64,000 nucleotides of DNA from a virus (lineage: Duplodnaviria > Caudoviricetes), in the IMG/VR virus record IMGVR_UViG_3300020079_000007, positions 64,001 to 128,000 of that record; one strand, written 5' to 3'. A program made the position numbers and the translations under genes. Each line of letters opens with the position of its first letter. The first letter of the stretch is position 1. A model generated the notes under the pieces. It ran no database searches. It saw only the letters and a program-made list of their open reading frames with translations, and was not told the DNA's origin. Positions 38,153 through 48,231 of this stretch are shown one piece after another.

Positions 38153-38346
38153 AATCTAATTAGTCATAAAAAAGGAGGCCGAAGCCTCCTTGGAGTTTAT
38201 AAAAAGCGAGCGTAGAAAAATGTTTGGTCTTTAGCCAAACATATGAATACGCTCAATCTTTTCAAACTATATTAACTAAATATTATATATTTTAGAAACA
38301 CTAACTAAATATATAAAAGGTACTAACTAATATAAGGAGAAACAAA

Positions 38347-38775
38347 ATGAGAGAACTACAAACAAACTCACATTGCAAAAACTTGATTTTGTATCATCTC
38401 ATCTTCGTATGCAAATACAGAAGAAAATGTTTCTCTAATACTGATTTTGCAGAAAATCTAAAACTTCAGTTTTTTGAAATAGCAAAGAAATATGATTTTG
38501 AAATAGACACAATAGACTTAGATTACTCAAAGCCAGACCATATTCATATTCTTGTAAGAAGTGTTCCTAAACTAAGTCCATTGCAGATTGTAAGAGTTTT
38601 GAAACAGCAAGCAAACTATTGGGCTTGGCAAAACTATGAAACTTACCTAAAACAGTTCTATTGGAGAGCACATCATCTTTGGACAAGAGGATATTTCTGC
38701 TCAACAGTTGGTAATGTATCTGCTGATACATTTCACGAATACTTAGAAAGACAAGGGAGGAATGAACAATGCTAA
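38347..38775 (+). CDS. tnpA: Y1 HUH transposase TnpA
   Basis: YHLIFVCKYRR, DHIHIL, LWTRGYF, EYLERQ. Confidence 0.95.
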   Translation: MRELQTNSHCKNLILYHLIFVCKYRRKCFSNTDFAENLKLQFFEIAKKYDFEIDTIDLDYSKPDHIHILVRSVPKLSPLQIVRVLKQQANYWAWQNYETYLKQFYWRAHHLWTRGYFCSTVGNVSADTFHEYLERQGRNEQC

Positions 38776-39986
38776 AAGCCTATGAGTTCAGAATCTTCCC
38801 AACAAAAGAACAAGAACAGTTTCTTCTCAAAACTAATGGTCTTTGCAGGTTGTATTGGAATACAGCTTTGGCAAGAAAACAAGAAGCTTATGACAATAAT
38901 GAAAAGTGGAATATTGGAACAGCTAAAAAGGTATTTGAAGAATGTAAACCTGAAGCTATTGAATGGTGTAATGAGGTAGATAGTTCTGCTTTAGCAGCAG
39001 AATGGAATGATATAACTTCAGCTTTCAACAACTTCTTCAAATCTTGTAAAGGACAAAGAAAACTTAGAGTGAATGCTCCAAAGTTCAAGTCAAGAAAATA
39101 CTCTCAAGTTGCTATTACTTGGACTTCAATGGCAAAGCCTAAAATCCTAAAGAACGGATATTTGTTCTTGACAAGAAAACTTGGTCCAGTGAAAGGAACT
39201 TTTCACAGATGGGCAGAAGGTGATTTCAAACACGCAACAATCAAACAAACCCCTACAGGAAAATGGTTTGTAAAGATTTGTGTTGATAAAAAAGACAAAC
39301 CTAAAAATAAAAATGGAAAATCAGTTGGTATAGACTGGAACTGTAGAGATGAAGACTTCATAGTAATGTCGAATGGCACGAAAGTCAAGTGTCCTAGATT
39401 CTTACAAAGGTCTTCTAAACAGCTTAGTCACCAACAGAAGATAATGAGCAAAAGATTTGTAAAAGGTCTTGAAACTCAAAGTTCCAACTATTACAGACAA
39501 AAACAAAAAGTTGCACTTTTGCACGAAAAAGTAACTAATCAAAGAAAAGATTGGTTACATAAACTTTCAAGACAAATCTGTAATGAGTATGAAACTGTAG
39601 TAGTTGAAGACATCAACTTACAGACAATGAGTAAAATGAATCACGGTAAAGTTGTGGGAGACCAAGGATTTGGAATGCTTAGGCAGATGATTTCTTACAA
39701 AGGTAATCTTGTAAAAGTAAATCCAAAAAACACTTCTAAAACTTGCCATAGTTGTGGATTTGTAAATCCAAAAGTAAAAGTTGGTGTAAACTATTGGGAA
39801 TGTCCAAGTTGTGGAGCAACCCACGACCGTGACATAAATGCAGCTCTAAATATACTTTTCAAGTATAATGCTAGCCAGAGCATAGTAGGCAGGGAACGAG
39901 CCGAAATTACAAATGCCTGTGGAGCACCAAGCAGTGCTGTGAAGCAGGAAGTTTCTAATCCATCAAGTCGAGTACTCGGCTCGTAA
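38769..39986 (+). CDS. tnpB: RNA-guided endonuclease TnpB, RuvC D-E-D intact
   Basis: VGID, VVEDIN, TSKTCHSCG...CPSCG, HDRDINAALNI. Confidence 0.95.
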   Translation: MLKAYEFRIFPTKEQEQFLLKTNGLCRLYWNTALARKQEAYDNNEKWNIGTAKKVFEECKPEAIEWCNEVDSSALAAEWNDITSAFNNFFKSCKGQRKLRVNAPKFKSRKYSQVAITWTSMAKPKILKNGYLFLTRKLGPVKGTFHRWAEGDFKHATIKQTPTGKWFVKICVDKKDKPKNKNGKSVGIDWNCRDEDFIVMSNGTKVKCPRFLQRSSKQLSHQQKIMSKRFVKGLETQSSNYYRQKQKVALLHEKVTNQRKDWLHKLSRQICNEYETVVVEDINLQTMSKMNHGKVVGDQGFGMLRQMISYKGNLVKVNPKNTSKTCHSCGFVNPKVKVGVNYWECPSCGATHDRDINAALNILFKYNASQSIVGRERAEITNACGAPSSAVKQEVSNPSSRVLGS

Positions 39987-40050
39987 GATTAGGAAGATAT
40001 TCGGTCTTTAGCCGAATATCCGTTCACTATGTCTACATTATGAATGTATT

Positions 40051-41241
40051 CTACTCTTCATCTGCTGTTTCGTTTTCCTCAGCCTGAGCGACAAGTTTCT
40101 CATATTCTTCTTTAGAGAAGTTCTGTTCTGCCCACTGTTCTTCATCAGCAGTATTTTCCATACCTTCAATCTCGTTAGAGATGATGTCCATAATAACATC
40201 CTTGATTGCTTTCCACTCTTCAGGTTTTACTTCACCCGACTGAATTGCCTTTACGAAAGCATCTTTTCCGTGGAAGTTCCAACCAAAGTTTGTCTTTGAA
40301 TTGTAGTAACCCTTTGAACGGCAGTCAACAAGTTTAAGCAATCTTGGGTCTTCTGCAAAGTCATACAAGAAGTCAACAAATTCTCCATCTGAATTGAAGC
40401 CACCTTTGTAGTAAAGGTCCATTTCACATTCACGGAATGGAATACCTGTCTTGTTCTTCATATTGCGGACCTGCATATGAATACCTACAACTTTTGAGCC
40501 TTCTGTAAGGTTTTCAATCTTACGAACACGGTTAAGAGTTGAAGCAACATATTTCAAAGCGTATCCACCAGTTGTTGCGATTGCGTGAGACATTGTATTC
40601 ATCTGAGCACGCTCTTGTGAAATGACAAACATTGTTGTGTGATAGTTGGCACAAAGAATGTTGAAACGGTTACAGAAGTCCTTCAAAGCTTTTGCGTTAT
40701 TACCAAAGTTGGCTTTATTGAACTCATCATCAAGAACTGTTTTTGTTACTGACATTGACTCAGAGTCGAAGATAACACAAGCAACTGTGTTTGACTTAAT
40801 CATCTGCTCGAGAGCAAAAGCGCCTTCTTCAAGGTTGTCAGGTTGCAACAATGTAAAGTGAGCATCTTTGTTGATTGAGCCATCTGGGTTTACCAAAGAT
40901 GTTACATCAAGACCATTCTCTTTTGCGTGATCTGGGTCGAAAGAACGCTCAAAGTCCATATAAACAACCATATCGTGGTCAGCAAGTTCTGGGAACTGTT
41001 CTCCCAAGTGTTTCTGAAACTGACCTGCAATATAAGTACAAATTGTAGACTTACCACCCGACTCAGGTCCAATGTAACGGTGAACTGCTCCGATCTTAAT
41101 ACCGCCACCGTACATAAAAGAAAGACGAGGAGAGTCAAGTCTCAACATCTTTTTAAGAGTATTTGAGTCTGCGGGCTTAATTGCGTTTGCGCATTTCTTT
41201 TGAACTGCAGCAACCGCCTTCAAAAAATCTGGACTAGCCAT
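40051..41241 (-). CDS. recA: RecA/UvsX-like recombinase
   Basis: GPESGGKST, DFERSFD, IFDS, ISQER, TTGGYALKY, KNKTG. Confidence 0.9.
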   Translation of the reverse strand: MASPDFLKAVAAVQKKCANAIKPADSNTLKKMLRLDSPRLSFMYGGGIKIGAVHRYIGPESGGKSTICTYIAGQFQKHLGEQFPELADHDMVVYMDFERSFDPDHAKENGLDVTSLVNPDGSINKDAHFTLLQPDNLEEGAFALEQMIKSNTVACVIFDSESMSVTKTVLDDEFNKANFGNNAKALKDFCNRFNILCANYHTTMFVISQERAQMNTMSHAIATTGGYALKYVASTLNRVRKIENLTEGSKVVGIHMQVRNMKNKTGIPFRECEMDLYYKGGFNSDGEFVDFLYDFAEDPRLLKLVDCRSKGYYNSKTNFGWNFHGKDAFVKAIQSGEVKPEEWKAIKDVIMDIISNEIEGMENTADEEQWAEQNFSKEEYEKLVAQAEENETADEE

Positions 41242-41328
41242 TTTTCCTCCATAAATATAAAGGTCATATCAAAAGTTGATTGCTCTATTTATAGAGGACA
41301 CCTTGTAATAAAAATATATTAACAGTTA

Positions 41329-42030
41329 TTAGAAACTATCAAGAAGTGCACTGATTGGGTCGATTTCATTCTTCAACCCAATTCCTTTCATAGTACGATA
41401 ATACCTCGTTAAATTCATATGAGGCTGTGTTCTTGGTTGAGGCACATAAGTCCCATTTGCTTTCTGTTCTTCAATCTTTTTCTGCCACTCAGGTTTCTCA
41501 GACTTACGGCCGTTATTTGCTTCATAAGGTGACAACTTTAAACCGTCTTCACGAAGCTTTTGTCCTACAGGTTTAACTACCGCGCCTGCTTCTTCAAACT
41601 TCTTTATAAAGTCCGGCTTCCCAGGCTGATGTGGGTCTGTAACTTCAAAGTTGTGGTCTCCAAAAAGACCAATCTTTGCATCGTATTTATTCAAGAAAGC
41701 AAGTGTCTTGTAATTGCCACGAATAATCATACCTTCATTTTTTGGGTTATGACACTCACCGTAAATAAACTTTATGTAACCTTCTTCAGGTGTGTTGCCC
41801 ATTCCTTGAAAGTACTGCATATCATCAATGTCAACATCAATGTAGTTGCCTCTGTTTTTTGCAACTGTGATATGCGGCATTATTGCGCCGTCTTTTGTAA
41901 CAGCTTCTCTTTCTGTATCTGGGTTATCTTCAACAGGCTTTGCCTCTTCTTCAACTAAGTCTTTATCAATAAGACCTAATGCTTTGAGTGCTTCAAGCTC
42001 TGTTTCTGAATACCCTTCAATGTCAACCAT
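41329..42030 (-). CDS. Hypothetical protein
   Basis: SD and ATG at 42030; last gene of the sugar/nucleotide cluster. Confidence 0.55.
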   Translation of the reverse strand: MVDIEGYSETELEALKALGLIDKDLVEEEAKPVEDNPDTEREAVTKDGAIMPHITVAKNRGNYIDVDIDDMQYFQGMGNTPEEGYIKFIYGECHNPKNEGMIIRGNYKTLAFLNKYDAKIGLFGDHNFEVTDPHQPGKPDFIKKFEEAGAVVKPVGQKLREDGLKLSPYEANNGRKSEKPEWQKKIEEQKANGTYVPQPRTQPHMNLTRYYRTMKGIGLKNEIDPISALLDSF

Positions 42031-42589
42031 TACATATCTCCAAAAATAAACGGATAAACATCCTGTTTCCAAATCTCTTCAGGTGTTCTTCCGTTCAAAT
42101 GAATAAGCTTCTTATCCAAAGAAGACATTTCATATGCTCTTTCGAAAGCAGCAAGTTCTTGCTTCTTCTTATCAACGTCAAGTGAGAACGACAAGCCATC
42201 GCCTCTTTTCTTGTCTCTTTCAATAACTGCTTCAGGCGTATCAGTAAACACAATCAACTTTGTTACTGGGTTGTTGTGATTTACATAATCTCTTTCATAA
42301 TCGAAAACAAAGTCACCTGAATAATTACGATAGATTGGTGAGTAAACGGTTTCACCAAGATGTGCACGGTCAAATATCAAAACATTTTCATTTGGCACAA
42401 CTGACATCAAGTGGAACATTTCACGATAACGAATCTGTGAAGCAACTTTAATTGCATCATTTGTTTCAAGTTTAATGTTTGAATAATGAACAATGTGAAC
42501 AGCTTTGTTTCTTTTTTCACATTCTTTTTCAATAAGAGCAATTTGGGTACCTTTACCCATTGCATCTACCCCTCAACGATGATGTTCAT
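42030..42589 (-). pseudogene. Thymidylate/dNMP kinase with a single-base frameshift in the P-loop
   Basis: ATG AAC ATC ATC GTT GAG GGG TAG; one extra G gives MNIIVEGVDAMGKGTQ; FDRAHLGETVY motif downstream. Confidence 0.75.
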
Positions 42590-42719
42590 CGTAACCCCCT
42601 TCGGTACTTTTCTTCATACCTATCAATAAATTTTATTTCATTATTATCGTGAAGCATTTTAATTTCTTCATCTGATAATTTTTGAGTGCTGTTTTCTGTT
42701 TCTATAATAAATATTAACC

Positions 42720-44054
42720 TCAGTCTTTAATAATTCTTCTTCCTGCAGGAGCCGCAGTTCCATTCAGCTCTCTTTCACGAGCATCAATTACTGGGCCAAA
42801 TGTATCACAAATGAAATCGCCGTTGAAGTATTTATCTTCAAGAATATCATAAAATTGTTTCAACAACTTTGCGTATTCATCGCGGTGTTCATACAAATAA
42901 TCAATCTTTTCCCACATTTCTTTAGGAGAAGAAACTTTTACATAATCTGGGAACTCTTTGAAGTAACCATCAGTGTCATAAGAGTTCTTGTCATAAAATG
43001 GAATAATTCCATAGTAAACCATTTTCCAAGGCTTCTGTGTTACAAAGTTTGGAAGACGGTGGTCAAATGCAGGAACATAAGTAAACATTGTTTCCCACAT
43101 TTCAGGCTGCATCTGCACAATACCTTTTTCGATAAAAGTATTAGGATGCTTCTGCTTTGCTTCATCACCCCATTTTCCGTAAACCTTTTCCTCAGGATGA
43201 ATATCAAGAACCCACTTTTCAAGATAAGACAAACGGTCAGTACCGTCATTCAAAGTAAGAACAAACTTTCTCTTTTTCTGATAAACATTTCCGTTTACTT
43301 CAATGTGGTCAGGATTGCTGAAATCAATCTTTGGCATATTTGCCATAAACATTCTTTCAAGTCCTGCATATTTGAAATGTAACTTGTGTTCAACATACTC
43401 TCCCGAGTTGTATCTTACAAGACGCTTTACTGAATACTTATCGCTCTCAATCTGAGAGAATGTAAAGATTTCGTGATTGATAATGTCTTTATGATTTGAT
43501 GGCACATATCTTGGGTCTTCATTGATATTATACCAAGGGAAGCCTTGCTTGTTCAAAAGATGTATCATTGGTCCACAATAATTTGCTGCCATCTGCATTG
43601 GGATTGCCTCAGTTGGCTTTGTTGCACAAATAATACCTTCGCCGCCGACTGATACTGATGCATCAGGTCCTTGCATAAAGAGACCCATATCAAACTTCAA
43701 ACCAAGATGGTCAACATATTCATCAAGTGTACGCCAAGCTTCACAGCCTTTCTTGTGTGTATCAGTTCTTTCCTTGCATTTTTCTTTTCCTGCAAACTCT
43801 CTTGCCTGAGCGTGCAAGTCGATAATGTTGCTTGGGATGTCAACTTTCTTAAAAACGTTTCCAAATCCGATTGCACTGTTCTTCTTTTTGAAATCAGCAA
43901 AATCAGAAGCGCCTATAATGTAGAACTTGTGTTGAGGATAACGGCGAGCAAGAGTAAAATAAAATATCTTCGGACTATCGTCGCCTGCATAAATCGACCA
44001 AGACTTTTCATCAAAGTACATTGAACGACCAAACTTTCCAATCGCAATATTCAT
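42720..44054 (-). CDS. Putative GT-B glycosyltransferase (phage DNA glycosyltransferase-like)
   Basis: MNIAIGK start, NEDPRY, C-terminal YGIIPFYD...YVKVSSPKEMWEKIDYL; NDP-sugar context. Confidence 0.55.
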   Translation of the reverse strand: MNIAIGKFGRSMYFDEKSWSIYAGDDSPKIFYFTLARRYPQHKFYIIGASDFADFKKKNSAIGFGNVFKKVDIPSNIIDLHAQAREFAGKEKCKERTDTHKKGCEAWRTLDEYVDHLGLKFDMGLFMQGPDASVSVGGEGIICATKPTEAIPMQMAANYCGPMIHLLNKQGFPWYNINEDPRYVPSNHKDIINHEIFTFSQIESDKYSVKRLVRYNSGEYVEHKLHFKYAGLERMFMANMPKIDFSNPDHIEVNGNVYQKKRKFVLTLNDGTDRLSYLEKWVLDIHPEEKVYGKWGDEAKQKHPNTFIEKGIVQMQPEMWETMFTYVPAFDHRLPNFVTQKPWKMVYYGIIPFYDKNSYDTDGYFKEFPDYVKVSSPKEMWEKIDYLYEHRDEYAKLLKQFYDILEDKYFNGDFICDTFGPVIDARERELNGTAAPAGRRIIKD

Positions 44055-44626
44055 TAGTTATAACCTCTTACGATATAATAATTTATTCCTGCAGCAACTG
44101 CCGCATCTATTCCAGTTTTTGAATCTTCGAACACAATACAAGTTGAAGGTATCTCATCGAAGTGTTGCATAGTTTTGATATAACATTCAGGAGACGGCTT
44201 TGTTTCAACAACATCTTCCTGTCCTACGATAATATCAAACACATCTTGGATTTTGAAATACTCCAAGATATTATTTATATTAACTTTCGAAGCTGCAGAC
44301 ACCAGAGCGATTTTCCATTTTCTTGACTTAAGGCCTTTAAGCATTTCAATCAACGGAGTATTAAGAGCGCCATTCTTGATATATTTTTTGTAAAGCTCTT
44401 TCTTGTCATCGTGTATTTGCTGCATAACTTCTGCAGTCATATTAGGGTCAAGCTGTTTCAAAAAGATTTTGTAATTAAGCCCGTTCCATTCTTTACAGTA
44501 TTGTTCATAACCTACATCATACCCGTGTTTTTCACAAGCTTCTTTATAAGCAAAATAGTTTATGTTGTTTGTATTGACGAGTGTACCGTCTAAGTCTACC
44601 ATTGCTAACATTATTTTTTCTCCCAA
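44054..44626 (-). CDS. HAD-family phosphatase (beta-PGM-like)
   Basis: DLDGTL, KPSP, FEDSKTG. Confidence 0.9.
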   Translation of the reverse strand: MGEKIMLAMVDLDGTLVNTNNINYFAYKEACEKHGYDVGYEQYCKEWNGLNYKIFLKQLDPNMTAEVMQQIHDDKKELYKKYIKNGALNTPLIEMLKGLKSRKWKIALVSAASKVNINNILEYFKIQDVFDIIVGQEDVVETKPSPECYIKTMQHFDEIPSTCIVFEDSKTGIDAAVAAGINYYIVRGYN

Positions 44627-45528
44627 AGATCCCAGATATTAAAGTAGCCTGACTCTTTATTAGACGAAGATACTCTACTAATAAGGTCTTTTACATATCT
44701 TATGTTATCACTGCACCAACGCTTTGTGACATCATCTTTTGCATAAGGTACAATACGATAGATTTTGAAAAGTAAGAAACCCAAAATCAATTTCATATTT
44801 GCTCTGGCGCATCCGTTAACATTTATCAAAAACTCGTGTGTAAAGTTTTTCAAATGTCTTTCCTGCTCTTCATCAAGTTCTTTATAACGATAAGACCAAT
44901 GACACAAGCTATCCTGAAGAACAGTTGCAATGTCAACATAAGGTGTATCAATGAATGAGTCAAGAAAATCAATAAGATGCAAAATTCTTGCTGATGATTT
45001 GATATACTTGTCGGGTTTATGTCCTACGATAATATTTTCAAGTGTAAGGTCTCCGTGACAATATCCCGCTCTTAATTCTTTAAGCTGTGGGCTGAACTCT
45101 CTCATAAACTCATCAAGTTCATTTTTAAGTTCAGGAGTCTTTTTAACCATATCATCACATTTACGCTGAAAGATTGATAAAGATTCATAAACTTTATTGA
45201 AAGCAAAATTGTACATTATGAATGCAGCAAGGTCAGTCGCTGTTGAAATACCTTTACATTTAAGCAACTCTTCTGCAACAGTATCGCCTTCGATAAAAGG
45301 CATCGTAACAGAAATGAATGGCTCACCACTAACAGTGCACTCATTGATGTCTAAAACCTTTGTGCCTACAATTTGATTGCGCTGACCACCTGCCCAAGTA
45401 GTTGCACACATTTGTTTGATTGCTTGTTCACGAAGTCTTGGCACATAAGAACCACTTGCAGACTTGATAACTTTATCACCCTGCTGTTCGACACTACAAC
45501 CCGAGTTTCCCTTTAAGCTCATCTTCAC
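44611..45528 (-). CDS. APH/choline-kinase-like sugar kinase
   Basis: GNSGC, CHGDLTLENI, LIDFL. Confidence 0.8.
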   Translation of the reverse strand: MKMSLKGNSGCSVEQQGDKVIKSASGSYVPRLREQAIKQMCATTWAGGQRNQIVGTKVLDINECTVSGEPFISVTMPFIEGDTVAEELLKCKGISTATDLAAFIMYNFAFNKVYESLSIFQRKCDDMVKKTPELKNELDEFMREFSPQLKELRAGYCHGDLTLENIIVGHKPDKYIKSSARILHLIDFLDSFIDTPYVDIATVLQDSLCHWSYRYKELDEEQERHLKNFTHEFLINVNGCARANMKLILGFLLFKIYRIVPYAKDDVTKRWCSDNIRYVKDLISRVSSSNKESGYFNIWDLWEKK

Positions 45529-46225
45529 TTACCTCTGATTTTAATTCTTTAAGTTCATCAGGTGTTCCAAACTCAAAGTGATCTTTTACATCAATTCTTT
45601 TTACATTGAGCAAGTAATTGTATAAACCTGACATATAAAATTCTTTTTGTGTTCCGTCATTAAAATAAAGAACTGCTGCTTTTGCAAATACTTCAGCATT
45701 CTTAAAATAATAGCAACCAAAAATTGCGTGATTAGAAACAGGATTCTTTTCAACAGTTCCTGCGTACTGTGTATCTTTTCCACCGATGTATTTGATATAA
45801 CCGAAGTGTGGTTCTCTTGATTTGAAAGACATAATTGCGCCTTCACAATCGTCTGGGATTTCAAATTCATTACAAGACATTGCGTGGTCACAGTCTTGAA
45901 ATACAATTGGGTCGCCATCAGCAAACTGTGAAATACCTGAAATAGCTGTGAACACAGGACCATTAAGTTGATAAGGTAAAACTGAAATCTTTGCTTCTGG
46001 GAAATACTTTTTGATTTCGGCATCAATCTTATATTCTTCGATATGTTCTTCAAGAACAATGAATGTCAAGTCTTTCATTGGGAAAGCTCTGATTGCCGAC
46101 TGTGCAGCCCACCAAAAGAATGGCTTGCCGTATAAATCTATAAGTGGCTTTGGAATTGATACATCATTTTGTTTGAATCTTGAGCCCGCGCCACCGCAGG
46201 GTATAACAATATGCACTTTGTTCAT
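45494..46225 (-). CDS. Sugar-phosphate nucleotidyltransferase
   Basis: IPCGGAGSRF...PKPLI, QDCD, VEK, EFGTPDEL. Confidence 0.88.
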   Translation of the reverse strand: MNKVHIVIPCGGAGSRFKQNDVSIPKPLIDLYGKPFFWWAAQSAIRAFPMKDLTFIVLEEHIEEYKIDAEIKKYFPEAKISVLPYQLNGPVFTAISGISQFADGDPIVFQDCDHAMSCNEFEIPDDCEGAIMSFKSREPHFGYIKYIGGKDTQYAGTVEKNPVSNHAIFGCYYFKNAEVFAKAAVLYFNDGTQKEFYMSGLYNYLLNVKRIDVKDHFEFGTPDELKELKSEVSEDELKGKLGL

Positions 46226-46295
46226 AAAATGATATTAACATCCTATATAAAAATTAAGAGGAACTTGCGTTCCTCTTTTTTGATAAAGTTCTTAA

Positions 46296-46817
46296 TTAAA
46301 GCTCAGGAGCATTCAAGATGTCATTATCAAGTTTCTCGAAAACCTTCTTACGGAATTCGATAATATCTTTATAATGCTCTTTATACTTTCTGATAGCAGC
46401 GTTAGTTGCGGCAACCTGAATGTTGTAGTACTGGTCGTCGAGCTCTTTCTGCTTTGCTTCGATTTCAGTCTTTTCTTTTACTTCTTTCTGTGCGCCTTCA
46501 CAGTCGCAAGAGAACGTAATTGAATCCTTACCTACAAGAACAGCTTCGCCTTCAACCTTCGCTTTCTTTCCGCAGTAAGGACAATAAACAGCATCTTCGT
46601 AAATAGTTTTGATTTCTTTTGCGAAGTCTGTAAGTTCCTTTTCCTGTTCAGGAGCAGGCTGTCTTCCATTAAGCTGCTTCTTTACATTACGCCAGTTTCT
46701 CAACTTGGCTTCCTGATCTTCGTTAATACAAAGTGCAAATGTTGAAGCACCTGACTTTGCAATAACCTTTCCCAAAAGTTCTTTCTGGGCATCTGTCAAA
46801 ATAGTATCTTTTGCCAT
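46296..46817 (-). CDS. Hypothetical Zn-binding protein
   Basis: CPYC...CDC. Confidence 0.6.
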   Translation of the reverse strand: MAKDTILTDAQKELLGKVIAKSGASTFALCINEDQEAKLRNWRNVKKQLNGRQPAPEQEKELTDFAKEIKTIYEDAVYCPYCGKKAKVEGEAVLVGKDSITFSCDCEGAQKEVKEKTEIEAKQKELDDQYYNIQVAATNAAIRKYKEHYKDIIEFRKKVFEKLDNDILNAPEL

Positions 46818-46820
46818 TTG

Positions 46821-47138
46821 TTAAACTCCCATTAAAGTTGCCTGTTCAGACTCAGCGTCTTCAGGAAGAACAAAACCAAATGAGTTTTCGATTGTCTTCC
46901 AACCTGTCTTTTCTGTAACAACTGCGATAACTTCTTCTTTAGCTTTCTTGCCAATTGAAGGGGCATCAATAAGAATGAACTTATCATTGATAGCTTTCAT
47001 TCCTCTTTTCTTGTTCTGAAATGTTTCTCCACTTTCAATAGGAGCATTCAAAACGTCACGAATTACTTCATTTGCAGAAGGTGTATTCTCATATCTGAGA
47101 AAAAGTTCACCTTTGCAAAAATCTTCATACATTACCAT
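46821..47138 (-). CDS. Hypothetical protein
   Basis: 105 aa with SD. Confidence 0.55.
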   Translation of the reverse strand: MVMYEDFCKGELFLRYENTPSANEVIRDVLNAPIESGETFQNKKRGMKAINDKFILIDAPSIGKKAKEEVIAVVTEKTGWKTIENSFGFVLPEDAESEQATLMGV

Positions 47139-47207
47139 TAAGATAACCTCTGAATTATTGTTTAGACAACAATCAACGATTGTGCCGCATATATTGCAGC
47201 AACATCT

Positions 47208-47807
47208 TTATTTTGCTTTAACACCTGTTGAGCCAGCCCAACCGCTTCCACGGTTGTTATATCTGAAGCCTTCATAGAATTCATTTTCTGAAATCTTGTT
47301 ATCAGCTTCAACATCAACTTTCTCTTCAGTGTAAATGCAGGCTTCCTCAGTGCAGTAAACACGAGGCGCAAGCTGTGTTATTTTGTCATCTTCATAGATG
47401 TAAAGATAATCATCAGAAGTGTTTGTCAAAGAAAGATGAATCTCTCCCTGATAGTTTGGGTCAATTTCACAAGCACCTACATCAAGACCTTTCTTTGTTG
47501 CAATGCCTGACTTGTTTTCAACATACAAGTCCATCTGTAAACCATAAGAGATAAGTGGTATTGAAAGTTCAAGATATGATTTAATTCCTGATGGAATACA
47601 AACTCTTTCGTGTGGACCAACCATAATGCATTCTTTGCCTGCATCATCTTTTGTAATGTTTACTGCTGCTTTTGGATTCTTTTCAGCTTCCTCAGCACAA
47701 GTCTTTTTGAATGCATCATTGAACTTAGGAACAAAAAAGTCAAATCCTACATTACCGTCTTCACGATAAGGATCTGCAACATCCCTAATTTTAAGAAACT
47801 TTATCAT
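47208..47807 (-). CDS. dut: Trimeric dUTPase
   Basis: VGFDF, NKSG, EIDPNYQGEI, RGSGWAGSTG. Confidence 0.9.
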   Translation of the reverse strand: MIKFLKIRDVADPYREDGNVGFDFFVPKFNDAFKKTCAEEAEKNPKAAVNITKDDAGKECIMVGPHERVCIPSGIKSYLELSIPLISYGLQMDLYVENKSGIATKKGLDVGACEIDPNYQGEIHLSLTNTSDDYLYIYEDDKITQLAPRVYCTEEACIYTEEKVDVEADNKISENEFYEGFRYNNRGSGWAGSTGVKAK

Positions 47808-47838
47808 TATTCCATAACCTCCAAGTTATAGAATAATA

Positions 47839-48231
47839 TTAACACTGTTGTTGATTAGGGCCCTCTTCATAATTAAGCCACTGCCAATCAGAAGAAATCA
47901 TTTCAAAAGTTCTATCAAGGTCCGACTCCAACGGAGAAAGTCGGCCAATCAAGTTAATTCTGTATTTCATCCAAAGATTGTAGTATTCAATTGCAATATC
48001 AAAAAAGGCGACTGGGTTTTCACCCCAAGTGTTTACAACATATTTGTCTTCAGTCAACTTGAGAAAATCTTTAAGTTCTTTATAAAAGTTGTGAACATCA
48101 GCCGCGGCAAGTTCCCAGTCGAAATCTTGCTTTTTGTATATTATTCTTGTTGCAGCTTCCTTAAATCGTTGTAAGTGTCTTTTGACTCTTAATCTTAAAT
48201 CTTGTATTTCATTGTCTTTAAGCTGTCTCAT
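47839..48231 (-). CDS. Tandem paralogue family member 4
   Basis: WGENPVAFFDIAIEYY. Confidence 0.6.
   Translation of the reverse strand: MRQLKDNEIQDLRLRVKRHLQRFKEAATRIIYKKQDFDWELAAADVHNFYKELKDFLKLTEDKYVVNTWGENPVAFFDIAIEYYNLWMKYRINLIGRLSPLESDLDRTFEMISSDWQWLNYEEGPNQQQC

Larger units (their letters stand above)
38201..40027 (+). mobile_element. IS200/IS605-family element (tnpA + tnpB), apparently intact
   Basis: Follows TTTAT (38196-38200); LE and RE hairpins share the TCTTTAG core; ends TTCAC. Confidence 0.92.

Noticed and set aside
26200-38190. Identical TAAAAAAGGAGGCCGAAGCCTCCT at about 26200 and 38167 as a repeat element
   Set aside because: Best explained as the phage's standard UUCG-loop terminator
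38769-39986. Nuclease-dead TldR or Cas12
   Set aside because: RuvC D-E-D is intact, tnpA and IS ends are present, and no CRISPR array was seen
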